In this document: positions 24,690-38,729 of the stretch, piece after piece
Numbering within the stretch: position 1 is the first letter of the stretch
How the letters are laid out: each line of letters starts with the position of its first letter
DNA from: Eledone cirrhosa
Lineage: Eukaryota
NCBI GenBank assembly: GCA_964016885.1
Contig: OZ024752.1
Coordinates: 5,456,001 to 5,520,000, forward strand
Length of the DNA: 64,000 bases
Direction: 5' to 3'
Notes under the pieces: generated by a model
Told to the model about the DNA's origin: nothing
Databases searched by the model: none
What the model saw: only the letters and a program-made list of their open reading frames with translations
Position numbers and translations under genes: made by a program

Positions 24690-26130
24690 GGGTCCTGTTA
24701 GACAGCGCTCCTTAGCGTCCCGCTCCATGTGTTTCTGTCCACTGGACTCATTTAGGCCAGGCCAAGCCTACCTTGACTCCGACAGACATCCATACAAGTC
24801 CCTTTTGGTATTCCTGGATCGACATGGCTGTACCAGCGCCTGTGTCTCATGTGAAAGTACATCCTCTAGGTTGTCAATCAGCAGCTTTTTCAAGAGCCCA
24901 GTGAAGCTGACATCATCCTCAGTGGTCACACTGCACATCCAGCGGATTATAGCATGGGTCCCTGCCTGATTTCTGGAGAGTATCCAGGCCAGAGCCAGAG
25001 ATCAAAACCTTGGTCTTGCCCATGTTGACATGTAGTCCTCTGCTCTCCATTCCATCTTTCCAGTGCTCCAGTTTCTCAAGCAGCCGCCCCATGCTTTCTG
25101 CCATGATGATGAGGTCATCAGCATACAGGGCTTCCAAAAGGTAACCTGTATGGAATTCTCAAGATGGCCTCCAAGAATTTTGTAGTTTTTGTTTCCTGCG
25201 GCTGTTTGCTGCTTACTGTCCCGGTGTAACTGCTACATGTAAAGCCTGCATTCTTAACTAGACTTTATGAGATCCCACTACATCTCTTGTGCACCCATAG
25301 TTTGCATTTGGGCAGAGGATGGAATTTCTACCTACACCTTTCCTGCATACTGAGCAAGGCCATTTACCTGAGGAGATATGGGTTCTGTTTTTCCCCTCTA
25401 CTTACGAGGACCTTAGTCTTTGTCAGGTTGATTTTGAAACCCCTTTTTTCTAGGCCCTGATTCCATGTTTGGAATTTCTTCTCTAGTTCTACCATAGATT
25501 CAGCTATAAGTGTAAGAACATCTGCATACAGAAGTTCCCATGGGCATCCGGTCTGAAACTCCTGTTATAGCCTGCAGTACTATAATAAACAGAAGAGGGC
25601 TAAGAAGGGAGCCCTGGTGAACACCAACTTGTATGCTGAATTCCTCGCTATAGTCATTGTTAACCCTAACTTTTTTGACTGCTCCTCTATACATGGCTTG
25701 TACAGCCTTTACAAGCCATTCATCTACTAGTTTTCTAAGAGCCCAAGATTATAGCACAGGGTATTCTGTCAAAGGGTAGGCTTTATCCAGATCAACAAAT
25801 GCCAGGTAGAGTGGCTTACTTTTAGCTAGGTACTTTTCCTGTAACTGCCTCACAAGGAAGAGAGCATCAGTGGTGCTTTTGTCTGGTACAAACCTGAACT
25901 GCATCTCCTCTAGATTTACCCGGTCCCTAATCAACTGTGCTATGATTCTTTCCGTTACTTTCATGACCTGGTTCATCAGCTTTATACCTCTATAGTTTCC
26001 TCTATCTAGTGCATCTCCTTTACCCCTTGTAGCAGTTGACAATGATGCTGCTGCACCAATCCTATGGTATGACACCTTCTAGTATTACTTGGTTAACAAT
26101 AAGGGTGGTTATGGTGTGACCTACCGACCC
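24690..26130 (-). mobile_element. Two RTE RT fragments (24690-25170 and 25200-26130)
   Basis: LYADDL..., NYRGIKL, QFRFVP and GVHQGSLLSPLLF motifs. Confidence 0.9.
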
Positions 26131-26347
26131 AGATAAATATATATATCATCATCATTTTCCGTCCGTTTTTCCCTTCTTGCAAGAGTGGGACAGGTCCTAT
26201 TCAGCACAGCATCTCTCCATTCGTCACGGTCCTTTGTCATCTCCTCTGTGAGCTTCAGCGATCAGCTATCACCACCTCCATCCATGATTTTATATATATA
26301 AATATATTTTTATATATATAAATAAATTTTTATATATATAAATATAT

Positions 26348-26570
26348 GGAGGCACATGGCTTAGTGGTTAGAGCATTGGCCTTGCAATCGAAAGGTTGTG
26401 AGTTCAATCCTCAGACTGGGTGATGTGTTGTTTCCTTGAACAAGACACTTTATTTCACATTGCTCCTGTTTACTCAGCTGTAGAAATGAGATGATAGGGA
26501 CTGGGGTCCCTATTATTCGTGGAGGTGCCACGGCAAAAAAAGCACCCAACACTCACTGTAAATGAGGTTG
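26348..26570 (+). mobile_element. Family B composite tRNA-SINE, 3'-truncated and fused to an RTE
   Basis: A box tggcttagtgg, B box gagttcaatcc, core ccttgaacaagacacttt...ttgctcc. Confidence 0.85.
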
Positions 26571-28425
26571 CTACAAAGGTAAAGGGGATACTCTGGAGAG
26601 GAGCATTTATAGGGGCATAAAGCTGTTGGATCAGGTTATGAAAGTGGAAGAGAGAATATTAGCGCAACTAATTAGAGAACGGGTCAAATTAGATGAGATG
26701 CAGTTTGGTTTTGTGCCTGGGAAAAGTACAACAGATGCCCTCTTCTTAGTGAGACAACTACAAGAGAGCTACTATACTTAGCTTTTGTTGACCTAGAAAA
26801 GGCCTTTGATAGGGTACCCCGATCTGTCATCTGGTGGTCCCTAAAGAGGAATGGCTTGTGAGGACAGTGCAAGCAATGTATAGAGGTGCTGTCAGTAAAG
26901 TGAGGGTAGGAATGGAGTTTAGTGAGGAATTCCAGATACAAGTAGGAATACATCAGGGTTTCAGCCCACTCTTGTTCATTATAGTCCTCCAAGCCATAAC
27001 GGAGGAGTTTAAGACTGGCTGCCCATGGGAACTTCTCTATGCTGACGATCTGGTTCTTATAGCAGAATCAGTAGAGGAGCTAGAGAATAAATTCTGGCTA
27101 TGGAAACAGCAGTTGGAATCAAGAGGACTGAGAGTGAACATAGCTAAAACAAAAGTGTTGATAAGTAGAAGAGAGGACAATACTCTGATTCCATCAGGGA
27201 AATGACCATGTTCGATATGTAGGAAAGGAACTGGCATAAATTCCATAAAATGTACGCACTGCAGATCTTGGGTACACAAGAGATGTAGTGGGATAGCAGG
27301 CAAACTAACAGGTAGGGAAAACTACGTATGCAGTAGACGTACAGGGAAATTTGACAGTAGTAATCACAGTGATAGACACATTTTTCAAATGCAGGCGGGT
27401 GCTATAGAAGTGGTGGATAGCTTCAGATTAGCATGGGAAGGGGGTGTTCCGAGGCCATAGTATCTAGAATAAGGACGGGTTGGAAGAAGTTTAGGGAGCT
27501 GCTCCCTTTGTTGACAAAGAAGAGTTTCTCCCTGCATACGAAAGACCAGTTATATGATGCCTGTGTGAGGAGCGCGATGCTGCATGGTAGTGAGACATGG
27601 GCAGCAACTGCAGAAGATATGCGATGGCTGGAGAGAAATGAGGCAAGCATGCTCCGTTGGATGTGCAATGTCAATGTGTGTGAACGACCCAGCATAAATG
27701 TGTTGAGAGAGAAACTGTGTCTGAGAGAGATAGAATGTAGTGTGCGAGAGAGGAGACTGAGGTGGTATGGACATGTGATGCGCATGGAGGATGACCGATG
27801 GGTGAAGAAGTGCCAGGAAATGCCAGTTGAAGGAAGACGTGGTAGAGGTAGACCACGAAAAACATGAGCGGAAGTGGTGAGAACAGACCTCAGATCGCTG
27901 AAGCTCACGGTGGAGATGACGAAGGACCGTGACAAGTGGAGAGATGCTGTGCTGAATAAGACCCGTCCCACCCTTGCAAGCAGGCAAAAGCGAACGGAAA
28001 ATGATGATGATGATAAATATAGTTGAATAGATAAACAGAGAACAAAAAGCAGAGAGGCAGTACAAATGGTATGGTTTTTAGATTCACGCTTGAGAGTAGG
28101 GGGTAAATATATATATATAAATAAATATTAAAATATATATATATATAAATATATATATATAAATAAATATAAATATATATATATAAATAAATAAATATAA
28201 ATATATTTATATGTGCCAAGAAATCCCAGTGGAAGGAAGACGCAGTCGAGGAAGACCACGAAAAACATGGGCGGAGGTGGTGAGAGCAGACCTCAAATCG
28301 CTGAAGCTTACAGACGAGATGACAAAGGACCGTGATGAATGGAGAGATGCTGTGCTGAATAGGACCCATCCCACCCTTGCAAGCAAGGAAAAGCGGACGT
28401 ATGATGATGATGATGATGATGATAC
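26571..28425 (+). mobile_element. 5'-truncated RTE LINE (RT to 3' end) plus an extra 3' fragment at 28212-28425
   Basis: QFGFVPGKS, ELLYADDL, PHD-like finger, MLHGSETW and a (tga)n tail. Confidence 0.94.
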
Positions 28426-29014
28426 TGGTATGGGTTGGATGTGACCTCTTGATGCAGTATTCTATGGCCAGATGTTCTTCTTAACACCAACCGTTACTTA
28501 ATTATTTTAGCTACGTAGGTACTTCTTCCACTGATCTTCACATCTCAAACCGCTGAGCTTCAAAACATTTTGTTCAAGCAGAACATAACACTTGTCTTCA
28601 TATTTACATATCTAGGTTGTGTAAAAATGAAGACAAGCAAACGCATACATATATAAATATGTATAACAGGCTTCCATATAGTTTCCATCTACCAAATTTC
28701 ACTCACAATGCATTGGTTAACCTACAGCTATAGTAAAGTACATTCGCAGGTGTCCCCATATTATTGGCTACATGCTTTATGGGGGAATATTTTTTGAGGT
28801 CATGTTTTACAACCAGATCCCCATCTTTGCAATACTTCTTTTAGTTGCCCCTTCAACATGCTGCACTATTTTGAAATGTGAAATTTACTGCTCACTCAGG
28901 CTTAGCTGGCCTCCTACAAGTTGCATTTCATAGGAGGTTTCTTTGGTGTTTTAATGCTAGAGTCCCCCACTCTTATCATGAAATGCAACATATATTGAAG
29001 CATCTTGTTCAAAA

Positions 29015-32000
29015 ACACAATGTTGCCTAGTGCAAGAATCACACAATATGTTGCCTAGTACAAGAATCACACAATATGTTGCCTAGTACAAGAATCACAC
29101 AATAAGTTGCCTAGTACAAGAATCACACAATATGTTGCCTAGTACAAGAATCATACAATATGTTGCCTAGTACAAGAATCACACAATATGTTGCCTAGTA
29201 CAAGAATCATACAATATGTTGCCTAGTACAAGAATCACACAATATGTTGCCTAGTACAAGACTCACACAATATGTTGCCTAGCACAAGAATCACACAATA
29301 TGTTGCCTAGTACAAGAATCACACAATATGTTGCCTAGTACAAGAATCATACAATATGTTGCCTAGTACAAGACTCACACAATATGTTGCCTAGTACAAG
29401 AATCATACAATATGTTGCCTAGTACAAGACTCATACAATATGTTGCCTAGTACAAGACTCATACAATATGTTGCCTAGTACAAGACTCATACAATATGTT
29501 GCCTAGTACAAGACGCCTACAATATGTTGCCTAGTACAAGAATCACACAATATGTTGCCTAGTACAAGAATCACACAATATGTTGCCTAGTACAGAATCA
29601 TACAATATGTTCCCTAGTACAAGAATCACACAATATGTTGCCTAGTACAAGAATCACACAATATGTCGCCTAGTACAAGAATCACACAATATGTTGCCTA
29701 GTACAAGAATCACACAATATGTTGCCTAGTACAAGACTCACACAATATGTTGCCTAGTACAAGAATCACACAATATGTTGCCTAGTACAAGAATCACACA
29801 ATATGTTGCCTAGTACAAGAATCATACAATATGTTGCCTAGTACAAGAATCACACAATATGTTGCCTAGTACAAGAATCATACAATATGTTGCCTAGTAC
29901 AAGACTCATACAATATGTTGCCTAGTACAAGAATCACACAATATGTTGCCTAGTACAAGAATCACACAATATGTTGCCTAGTACAGAATCATACAATATG
30001 TTCCCTAGTACAAGAATCACACAATATGTTGCCTAGTACAAGAATCACACAATATGTCGCCTAGTACAAGAATCACACAATATGTTGCCTAGTACAAGAA
30101 TCACACAATATGTTGCCTAGTACAAGACTCATACAATATGTTGCCTAGTACAAGACTCATACAATATGTTGCCTAGTACAAGACTCATACAATATGTTGC
30201 CTAGTACAAGAATCATACAATATGTTGCCTAGTACAAGAATCACACAATATGTTGCCTAGTACAAGAATCACACAATATGTTGCCTAGTACAAGAATCAT
30301 ACAATATGTTGCCTAGTACAAGACTCATACAATATGTTGCCTAGTACAAGACTCATACAATATGTTGCCTAGTACAAGACTCATACAATATGTTGCCTAG
30401 TACAAGACTCATACAATATGTTGCCTAGTACAAGAATCACACAATATGTTGCCTAGTACAAGACTCATACAATATGTTGCCTAGTACAAGACTCATACAA
30501 TATGTTGCCTAGTACAAGACTCATACAATATGTTGCCTAGTACAAGACTCATACAATATGTTGCCTAGTACAAGACTCATACAATATGTTGCCTAGTACA
30601 AGAATCACACAATATGTTGCCTAGTACAAGACTCACACAATATGTTGCCTAGTACAAGAATCACACAATATGTTGCCTAGTACAAGACTCACACAATATG
30701 TTGCCTAGTACAAGAATCACACAATATGTTGCCTAGTACAAGACTCCTACAATATGTTGCCTAGTACAAGAATCACACAATATGTTGCCTAGTACAAGAA
30801 TCATACAATATGTTGCCTAGTACAAGAATCACACAATATGTTGCCTAGTACAAGAATCACACAATATGTTGCCTAGTACAAGAAGCACACAATATGTTGC
30901 CTAGTACAAGACTCCTACAATATGTTGCCTAGTACAAGAATCACACAATATGTTGCCTAGTACAAGAATCATACAATATGTTGCCTAGTACAAGAATCAT
31001 ACAATATGTTGCCTAGTACAAGAATCACACAATATGTTGCCTAGTACAAGAATCACACAATATGTTGCCTAGTACAAGACTCACACAATATGTTGCCTAG
31101 TACAAGAATCACACAATATGTTGCCTAGTACAAGACTCATACAATATGTTGCCTAGTACAAGACTCCTACAATATGTTGCCTAGTACAAGAATCACACAA
31201 TATGTTGCCTAGTACAAGACTCACACAATATGTTGCCTAGTACAAGAATCACACAATATGTTGCCTAGTACAAGAATCACACAATATGTTGCCTAGTACA
31301 AGAATCACACAATATGTTGCCTAGTACAAGAATCATACAATATGTTGCCTAGTACAAGAATCATACAATATGTTGCCTAGTACAAGAATCACACAATATG
31401 TTGCCTAGTACAGAATCACACAATATGTTGCCTAGTACAAGAATCACACAATATGTTGCCTAGTACAAGACTCACACAATATGTTGCCTAGTACAAGAAT
31501 CATACAATATGTTGCCTAGTACAAGAATCACACAATATGTTGCCTAGTACAAGACTCATACAATATGTTGCCTAGTACAAGAATCACACAATATGTTGCC
31601 TAGTACAAGAATCATACAATATGTTGCCTAGTACAAGAATCACACAATATGTTGCCTAGTACAAGAATCACACAATATGTTGCCTAGTACAAGAATCATA
31701 CAATATGTTGCCTAGTACAAGACTCACACAATATGTTGCCTAGTACAAGACTCATACAATATGTTGCCTAGTACAAGAATCACACAATATGTTGCCTAGT
31801 ACAAGACTCATACAATATGTTGCCTAGTACAAGAATCATACAATATGTTGCCTAGTACAAGAATCATACAATATGTTGCCTAGTACAAGAATCACACAAT
31901 ATGTTGCCTAGTACAAGAATCATACAATATGTTGCCTAGTACAAGAATCACACAATATGTTGCCTAGTACAAGACTCATACAATATGTTGCCTAGTACAA

Positions 32001-32312
32001 GAATCACACAATATGTTGCCTAGTACAAGAATCACACAATATGTTGCCTAGTACAAGAATCACACAATATGTTGCCTCGTACAAGAATCATACAATATGT
32101 TGCCTAGTACAAGAATCACACAATATGTTGCCTAGTACAAGAATCACACAATATGTTGCCTAGTACAAGAATCATACAATATGTTGCCTAGTACAAGAAT
32201 CACACAATATGTTGCCTAGTACAAGAATCACACAATATGTTGCCTAGTACAAGAATCACACAATATGTTGCCTAGTACAAGACTCACACAATATGTTGCC
32301 TAGTGCAAGAAT
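29015..32312. repeat. 28-bp satellite, about 117 copies
   Basis: Unit a(a/c)tca(c/t)acaatatgttgcctagtacaag. Confidence 0.98.
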
Positions 32313-32374
32313 CAAATTCACAACCTTATGACAGCAATAAAATAATATAAAGCTTAAGAAAATATGCAACTCAC

Positions 32375-32467
32375 AGACTGGTTATGAATCCGGATATCTT
32401 GAATGAGGACTGAAGGACGGGACCTGTGAGCATAAAGTTGTGATCCAACAGACACACATTCACTTTC
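32375..32467 (-). CDS. KIAA2013: KIAA2013 homolog exon
   Basis: ttatag| [31 protein letters not shown] |gtgagt. Contains the conserved C...AHR.RP...Q.I motif. Phases 0/0. Confidence 0.95.
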
Positions 32468-32664
32468 CTATAAACAGAAAAAATATATACATATGCAACG
32501 GATGGCTGAAACAGGTAAAAGAGTAAAAGAGATATATATATATATACATTATAAATAATTGTTTCTACATTTGGCACAAGACCAGTAATCACCCCAGTGC
32601 ATTACTGGTACTTTATTTTATCGACCCCGTAAGGATGAAAGGCAAAGTTAACCTCGGCGGGATA

Positions 32665-32703
<39 letters not shown>

Positions 32704-32984
32704 CATTATAAATAACAATATATATATAACACACACACATATATATATATATACATTATAAATAACAATATATATATAACACACACATATATATATATAT
32801 ACATTATAAATAACAATATATATATAACACACACACATATATATATACATTAAATAATATATATATAACACACACACATATATATATATATACATTATAA
32901 ATAACAATATATATAACACACACATATATATATATACATTAAATAATATATATATAACACACACACATATATATAAATTCATAT

Positions 32985-33362
32985 AAAAATGAGAAAACTC
33001 ATAACTAGAACAGCCGTTAAAACAGCCAAATGCTGTCAAAGACAGTGATGGGCAAAAAATGCCTCTGAGGACAGAGACCAGTGGTCAGCAGAGAAACAAA
33101 TACATCCTGGTGACCAGCTTCTGTCCCTCATCCTCCCTAGAGTCCAGACTTAGTCCCATGTGACTTCTAGATGTTCCTGAAGCTGAAGGAGAAGTTCAGG
33201 GGTATACATTGAGGATGGGGAGGCTGACACCTTCACTTTGGAGGGCTACAAGTGCATTGATGTTAGAGGATCTTACTTTGAGGGTGACTAGAGTGTTGTG
33301 TTGATCTGAGTTAAATAAATGTCTCTCTGATAAAAGTCTCAAAACCTCATGAGTGTACCTTG
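32985..33362 (+). mobile_element. Deleted mariner element
   Basis: PHPP*SPDLVPCDF*MFLKLKEK, a decayed YSPDLAP.DF motif. Confidence 0.75.
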
Positions 33363-34220
33363 TATATAATATATATAAGAAGTCCCAGTAGAAGGAAGAC
33401 ATAGTCAAGGAAGACCATGAAAATCATGGGCGGAGGTGGTTAGAGCAGACCTTAGATCGCTGAAGCTCACGGAGATGTCAAAAGACTGTGACAAATGGAG
33501 AGATGCTGCGCTTAATAAGACCCCATCCCACCCTTGCAAGCAGGGAAAAGCAGACGTAAAATGATGATGATGATGATCTGCTTCCTCTTCCCCCACCCCA
33601 CTTATTCCTGAGAGAGTCATGGGGCAGAATCCTCAAACACTCCGTCCAGCAGGTCCTGTCAGAAGCAACCGTCTCCAACTGATCCAGCTGGGTTGCCAAG
33701 TGAGACCAGCCAAGCTCATAAATGTTATCCAACCATCTTGCTCAGGTTTTATTGCTGGGTCTCCTACCTGTTGGTTTTGCCCGTAAAATCTGTCCAGTGA
33801 CTCTTTCTTGAGACATTCTAACCACATGCCCATAGGATCAGAGCTGTGATCTTGCAATTCAGAGAAGTAGCAGCTCTAACTGGAGTAACTCTCTCATCTC
33901 GGAGTTATGCACTCTATCGAGTAACATTATCCCCCAAACCCTTCAGAGGAACCTCATTTTGGCCAGTTGTACATACAACCAATATTGTCCAAGAGAAAGA
34001 AAAAAGGCCGATACAACTCGACATCAGTGATGCCACAAATCTTTTCTACAGCTGAGTAAACTGGAGCAATGTGAAAAAAAGTGTCTTGCTCAAAGTCACA
34101 ACACATCACCCAGTCTGGGAATTAAACTAACAACCTCATGGTTGCAAGCCCAACGCTCTAACCACTGAGCCAAGCATGACCATTCACTTTGCAAGAGTAG
34201 ACTCCTCTAAAAAACAGACA

Positions 34221-34720
34221 AGGGCCAGGATGATGTGTTAAACTGGATGACAGATTAAGTCTACCACCCAAGGGCCAGGATGATGCGTTAAACTGGATGA
34301 CAGATTAAGTCTACCACCCAAGGGCCAGGATGATGTGTTAAACTGGATGACAGATTAAGTCTACCACCCAAGGGCCAGGATGATGTGTTAAACTGGATGA
34401 CAGATTAAGTCTACCACCCAAGGGCCAGGATGATGTGTTAAACTGGATGACAGATTAAGTCTACCACCCAAGGGCCAGGATGATGTGTTAAACTGGATGA
34501 CAGATTAAGTCTACCACCCAAGGGTCAGGATGATGTGTTAAACTGGATGACAGATTAAGTCTACCACCCAAGGGTCAGGATGATGTGTTAAACTGGATGA
34601 CAGATTAAGTCTACCACCCAAGGGTCAGGATGATGTGTTAAACTGGATGACAGATTAAGTCTACCACCCAAGGGCCAGGATGATGTGTTAAACTGGATGA
34701 CAGATTAAGTCTACCCCCCA
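34221..34720. repeat. 50-bp tandem repeat, 10 near-identical copies
   Basis: Unit agggccaggatgatgtgttaaactggatgacagattaagtctaccaccca. Confidence 0.97.
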
Positions 34721-34799
34721 ATTAAGACAAGACAGCAGGATTTGAACACAGAACATTCTTCCAAGAGCCAGAAAAAACAAAGATAATATGTGAAAATAC

Positions 34800-34858
34800 C
34801 TTCTTGAATGATTGAATCTGGTAAGCCAGGCCAGCTTTGATGTCAAGCACATGGGCTT
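34800..34858 (-). CDS. KIAA2013: KIAA2013 homolog exon (59 nt)
   Basis: taatag| (E)AHVLDIKAGLAYQIQSFKK |gtattt. Phases 1/0. Confidence 0.88.
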
Positions 34859-34989
34859 CTATTAAAATGGAAAGAAAAAAAAAAGACATGATAGGATAGC
34901 CCGTTATAATGTAATAAGGGATCTTTTAAGAAAGTGATACAGTAAGTGGAGAATTTCTACGTGAGTGGAAATATTCTATATGTCCACAT

Positions 34990-35270
34990 ATAAGGCACAC
35001 TTCTATTTTACATGCTACATGTGGAATTTCTATTTTACATGTTACATTTACATGTGGCACTTCTATTTTACATGTTACATTTACAACATGTGGCACTTCT
35101 ATTTTACATGTTACATGTACAATGCAACATGTGGTGCTTATATTTTACATGTAACATGAAGCACTTCTATTTTACATGTTACATGCACAATGCAACATGT
35201 GCCACTTCTATTTTACATGCAACATGTGGCACTTCTATTTTACATGTTACATTTACAATGCAACATGTGT
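34990..35270. repeat. Imperfect minisatellite
   Basis: Recurring atgtggcacttctattttacatgttac. Confidence 0.85.
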
Positions 35271-35501
35271 TTTAAGGTCATTTTCTGCACTAAAGTAGGC
35301 TTCACTTATTGACAGGCCTCATATCCATGGGACTCTATTTGATGTTTTACAGTCATAGTTTTATATAAGAAGCTTTGCTATACTCCAAACACCAGCTTAA
35401 TAATTAGCAAGTTAGTCACATTACTAAATCCCTCCAAATACTTGAATAATTTCAAAATTATTTGTAAACCATTGGCAGTGTTAATTAAAGAGTTTAAATA
35501 C

Positions 35502-35630
35502 CTTTTGATTCATGTCCCTTGACATTGGTTTTTACAATTGGGTAAAAATGAACAGGTAAAGACAAAGCTCTGTTTGTACGAATATATAATCCCTTTTGTG
35601 TTCCAAATGCTGCTGCTACCTTGCCATTAC
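35502..35630 (-). CDS. KIAA2013: KIAA2013 homolog exon
   Basis: cactag| GNGKVAAAFGTQKGLYIRTNRALSLPVHFYPIVKTNVKGHESK |gtattt. Phases 1/1. Confidence 0.93.
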
Positions 35631-36581
35631 CTAGTGGAAAGAGGAATGTTATAATCATAATCATTGTTGTTTATATATTACTGTATGATTGTACATATTC
35701 TAGTGGTTGTGGGTTCAATTCCCAGATTAGGCAGTGTATTGTGTTCTTTAACAAGATGCTTCATTTCACATTGATAGGACTATTAAAAACCTTATATGAA
35801 ATGCAACCACATATGAGTGAGCTGTAACATGCTATAATGTAGATTTTCCTATGCTGTTATTGGATAAAAAGAAATATGAGCCCTTCCTAAGTCACTAGGG
35901 ATTTTTAAGGGTCAGTGCTTAGATCTGGTTTCTTAGAGTTAAGCACTTTATCTTTCGAGTTTAAATTACTGTATAGTCTATTTGGTCTTAATCTGTCTTC
36001 CAGTTTCACACATCAACCTAGATGTTAAGTAGAGTCCAATTTGATGAAAGCATTCATGCCAAGCCTTCAGTTTCAAAGATAACTTCCTCCCTTCCACCAG
36101 TCTCAGAGCCTCTGAAAAGGATAATAATGGGTACTGCCCTTACCTCTCTGATAAAAAGAGAAAAAAAAATCAGGGCTAACTGAAGAATAAATAACAAAAA
36201 CAAATACATTATTTCATTGTTAACAATGTTGTAAAAGATACACAGAGGTTAGAACATCAGATAGAATTATTTACAGTATCCCACCAGTATCCTTTCAAGG
36301 TACATAAAGTACCAGTCATGTACTGGTATCACATCTCCACTATGCTATCTCTTTCTCTTTTCCTTTTTCTGGAGGTAATTGGATGTGCTCAAATCTGAAG
36401 AGAAATAGCATCTACCAGGATTAAGCCCACCCCTATCAAGACATCAAGAGTTCAAGGTTGATGGAAAGAGGGAAAAGATATATCATCATGTAAAAAAAAA
36501 AAAAAAGGAAAAGGAAGAAATGGTAAAACTAATGCATCGTAAGAAATACAAGTTGAAATAAGAAAAGAGAGAGAGACTTAC

Positions 36582-36701
36582 CAACATAAGGCAAGTAGGT
36601 CTCACCATCAACTGGCTGTGGAAGGATAACAATTGCATCATCAGATTCTATAGAATGCTGGAATATGGAAAGTTTCTCCTCAATACACCCGGATATGGAA
36701 T
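36582..36701 (-). CDS. KIAA2013: KIAA2013 homolog exon
   Basis: ctgtag| (N)SISGCIEEKLSIFQHSIESDDAIVILPQPVDGETYLPYV |gtaagt. Joins the next exon to give PYVGNG. Phases 1/1. Confidence 0.94.
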
Positions 36702-37757
36702 CTACAGTGAAGAAGAAGAAAAAAATTATATATATAAACTGGCACCTTCACCAGACCCTGGTCTAGTGAGGAGGGTTAATGGAACCCCAGCTGCACAAAA
36801 AACAAGAGTCAATGGCCATCCACTCCAACTATGGCTTAAACAGCCTCACCAACCTGCAATCAATCGGTGAGTATGGCTACACTCCTGATATGACGAAAAC
36901 CAAAGAGAAAGTGGTGGAGGTCACTTTACAGTGTACGCTGAGTGCATTATAAGGAGGCAGTGATGTGGGGAAGGATGTAAGTTAGCTATATGTTATTTGC
37001 CCAGGGAGAGGGTAAGAGGCAGAGGTGACACCTACTTTTCCATGTTGGGATGGGTTAGAGAAGGAACTGGGAATTCAGGGTGTGACTGGGGGGGGGGGTG
37101 TCTTTCCATACAAGCATGAGTTAGACAAGGAAGGAGGAATAAGGGAGAGAGAGGAAGATCGAGAGTATGGAGGGGGAAAAGACTAGAGGGACTAGGGAAG
37201 TTGACTGTGATCCTGAGGAAACACATATGGCTTAGTATCCCAGTAGGGAAGAGACTTGTGAGGGCCACTCATGAGAAAAAGCCACAGTCACCCTGACCAC
37301 TATGGCAAGTGCCACCTCCCATTTGTCCTCCTCTAATCTAAAAGGTACTCATGGCAGGTTCATTCACTCAGAGCATGTTCACCACTCATTTACATTTCAA
37401 TAGATTTGCTGGAAGGCAGCACTTCCCTCTCCAACATTAATAATAGTTTTCAACTAACAATATCCACACCTCAGATAACCCTCAGTGGCCATAAGACCAC
37501 CTCTCTGCAAAAATAAGAATGGTTTCTGATTTAGACACAAGGCCGACAATTTTGGGGAGAAAGTCGATTAAATTAACCCCAGTGCATTACTGGTACTTTA
37601 TTTTATCGACTCCACAAGGATGAAAGGCAAAGTTAATCTCAGCAGGATTTGAATTCAGAACGTAAAGGTACATAACTCTATGCTGCAAAACGTTATCCGA
37701 CACTACCGATACTGCCAATTCACTGCCCTTGTGCTAAGATAATAATAATAGTAATAA

Positions 37758-38683
37758 CTAGCAGAATGGCCCGGCGTTGCTCAGAATTTGCTCTAGGGTT
37801 CTTATATATTTGATATATATTTATCCTTATCGAGCCTCGTGAAATAAATACGTTTGTTTCATCATCATCACCATCGTTTAACGTCTATCTTCCACGCTAG
37901 CATGGGTTTAAACGGGAATTGTCCCACTTGAGGCAAGATTGGTCGTCTCGCTCGTATGGGACTGTCTTGCAGGTTTTCTACAGCTGGATGCCCTTCCTAA
38001 CACCAACCATGTTTACAGTGTGGACTGGGAGGTTTTTACCGTGTTACCTACATGGCCACATTACAGCGTGGACTGTGTTTTTTTGTCGTGACACCTACAC
38101 AACCTCATTTATTTAGAACTGGATGTTGTGGTACCAACATAACTTTACAGAGAAAGGGGTGGTGTTGGTGGGGGTGGGGTGGGGGAGTGGTAGGGGGGTG
38201 TATATTTAATTACGAGGTGCCTACTGACTAGGTTTCGCTTCATACTTAGGCAACGCGGGTTTTCTGTATTATTGCATAGCGCCAAAGATCTCAGTCCAGT
38301 GACACTGTCTTAGAGAAGTGTAAGTGTGTAAGGTCGGAATTTATCAAATCGTCCCAGGTTTTCTGGGTCTGCCTACTCTGTAACTTCTGTCAATTTTGAT
38401 CGCCCTGCACTTTTTTATACAGCTGTCGTCTTTCATGTGCATCATGTTTATATTTTGTTATTGTGTATGCAAAAATATCTGTACACGAATATATAATTAT
38501 ATATATATATTAAAATAACAGATTAAAGTTTAAGCAAAGAATTGCTGCTTTCACCCTTAACGGGATCTTCTGAAACTAAAAAAATCAATCTGTGAACGCA
38601 GAAGTAAATATTTCGAAAAATGTTGCAACCAAAGGAAAACAGGAAGACGATACTTTGGTTTGTGAAGACGTTCCCTGGCATAA

Positions 38684-38729
<46 letters not shown>

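Noticed and set aside
26348-26425. tRNA gene-like A/B boxes (also 4818-4880, 52480-52550, 62700)
   Set aside because: They continue into SINE cores and lack a complete cloverleaf and terminator.
29015-34720. CRISPR-like appearance of the 28-bp and 50-bp arrays
   Set aside because: The units are contiguous with no unique spacers, there are no cas genes, and the context is eukaryotic introns.
38535-38580. Hammerhead-like CAGAAGA-stem-GAAA on minus
   Set aside because: Core mismatch, no UH triplet and no stem I. At most a decayed relic.
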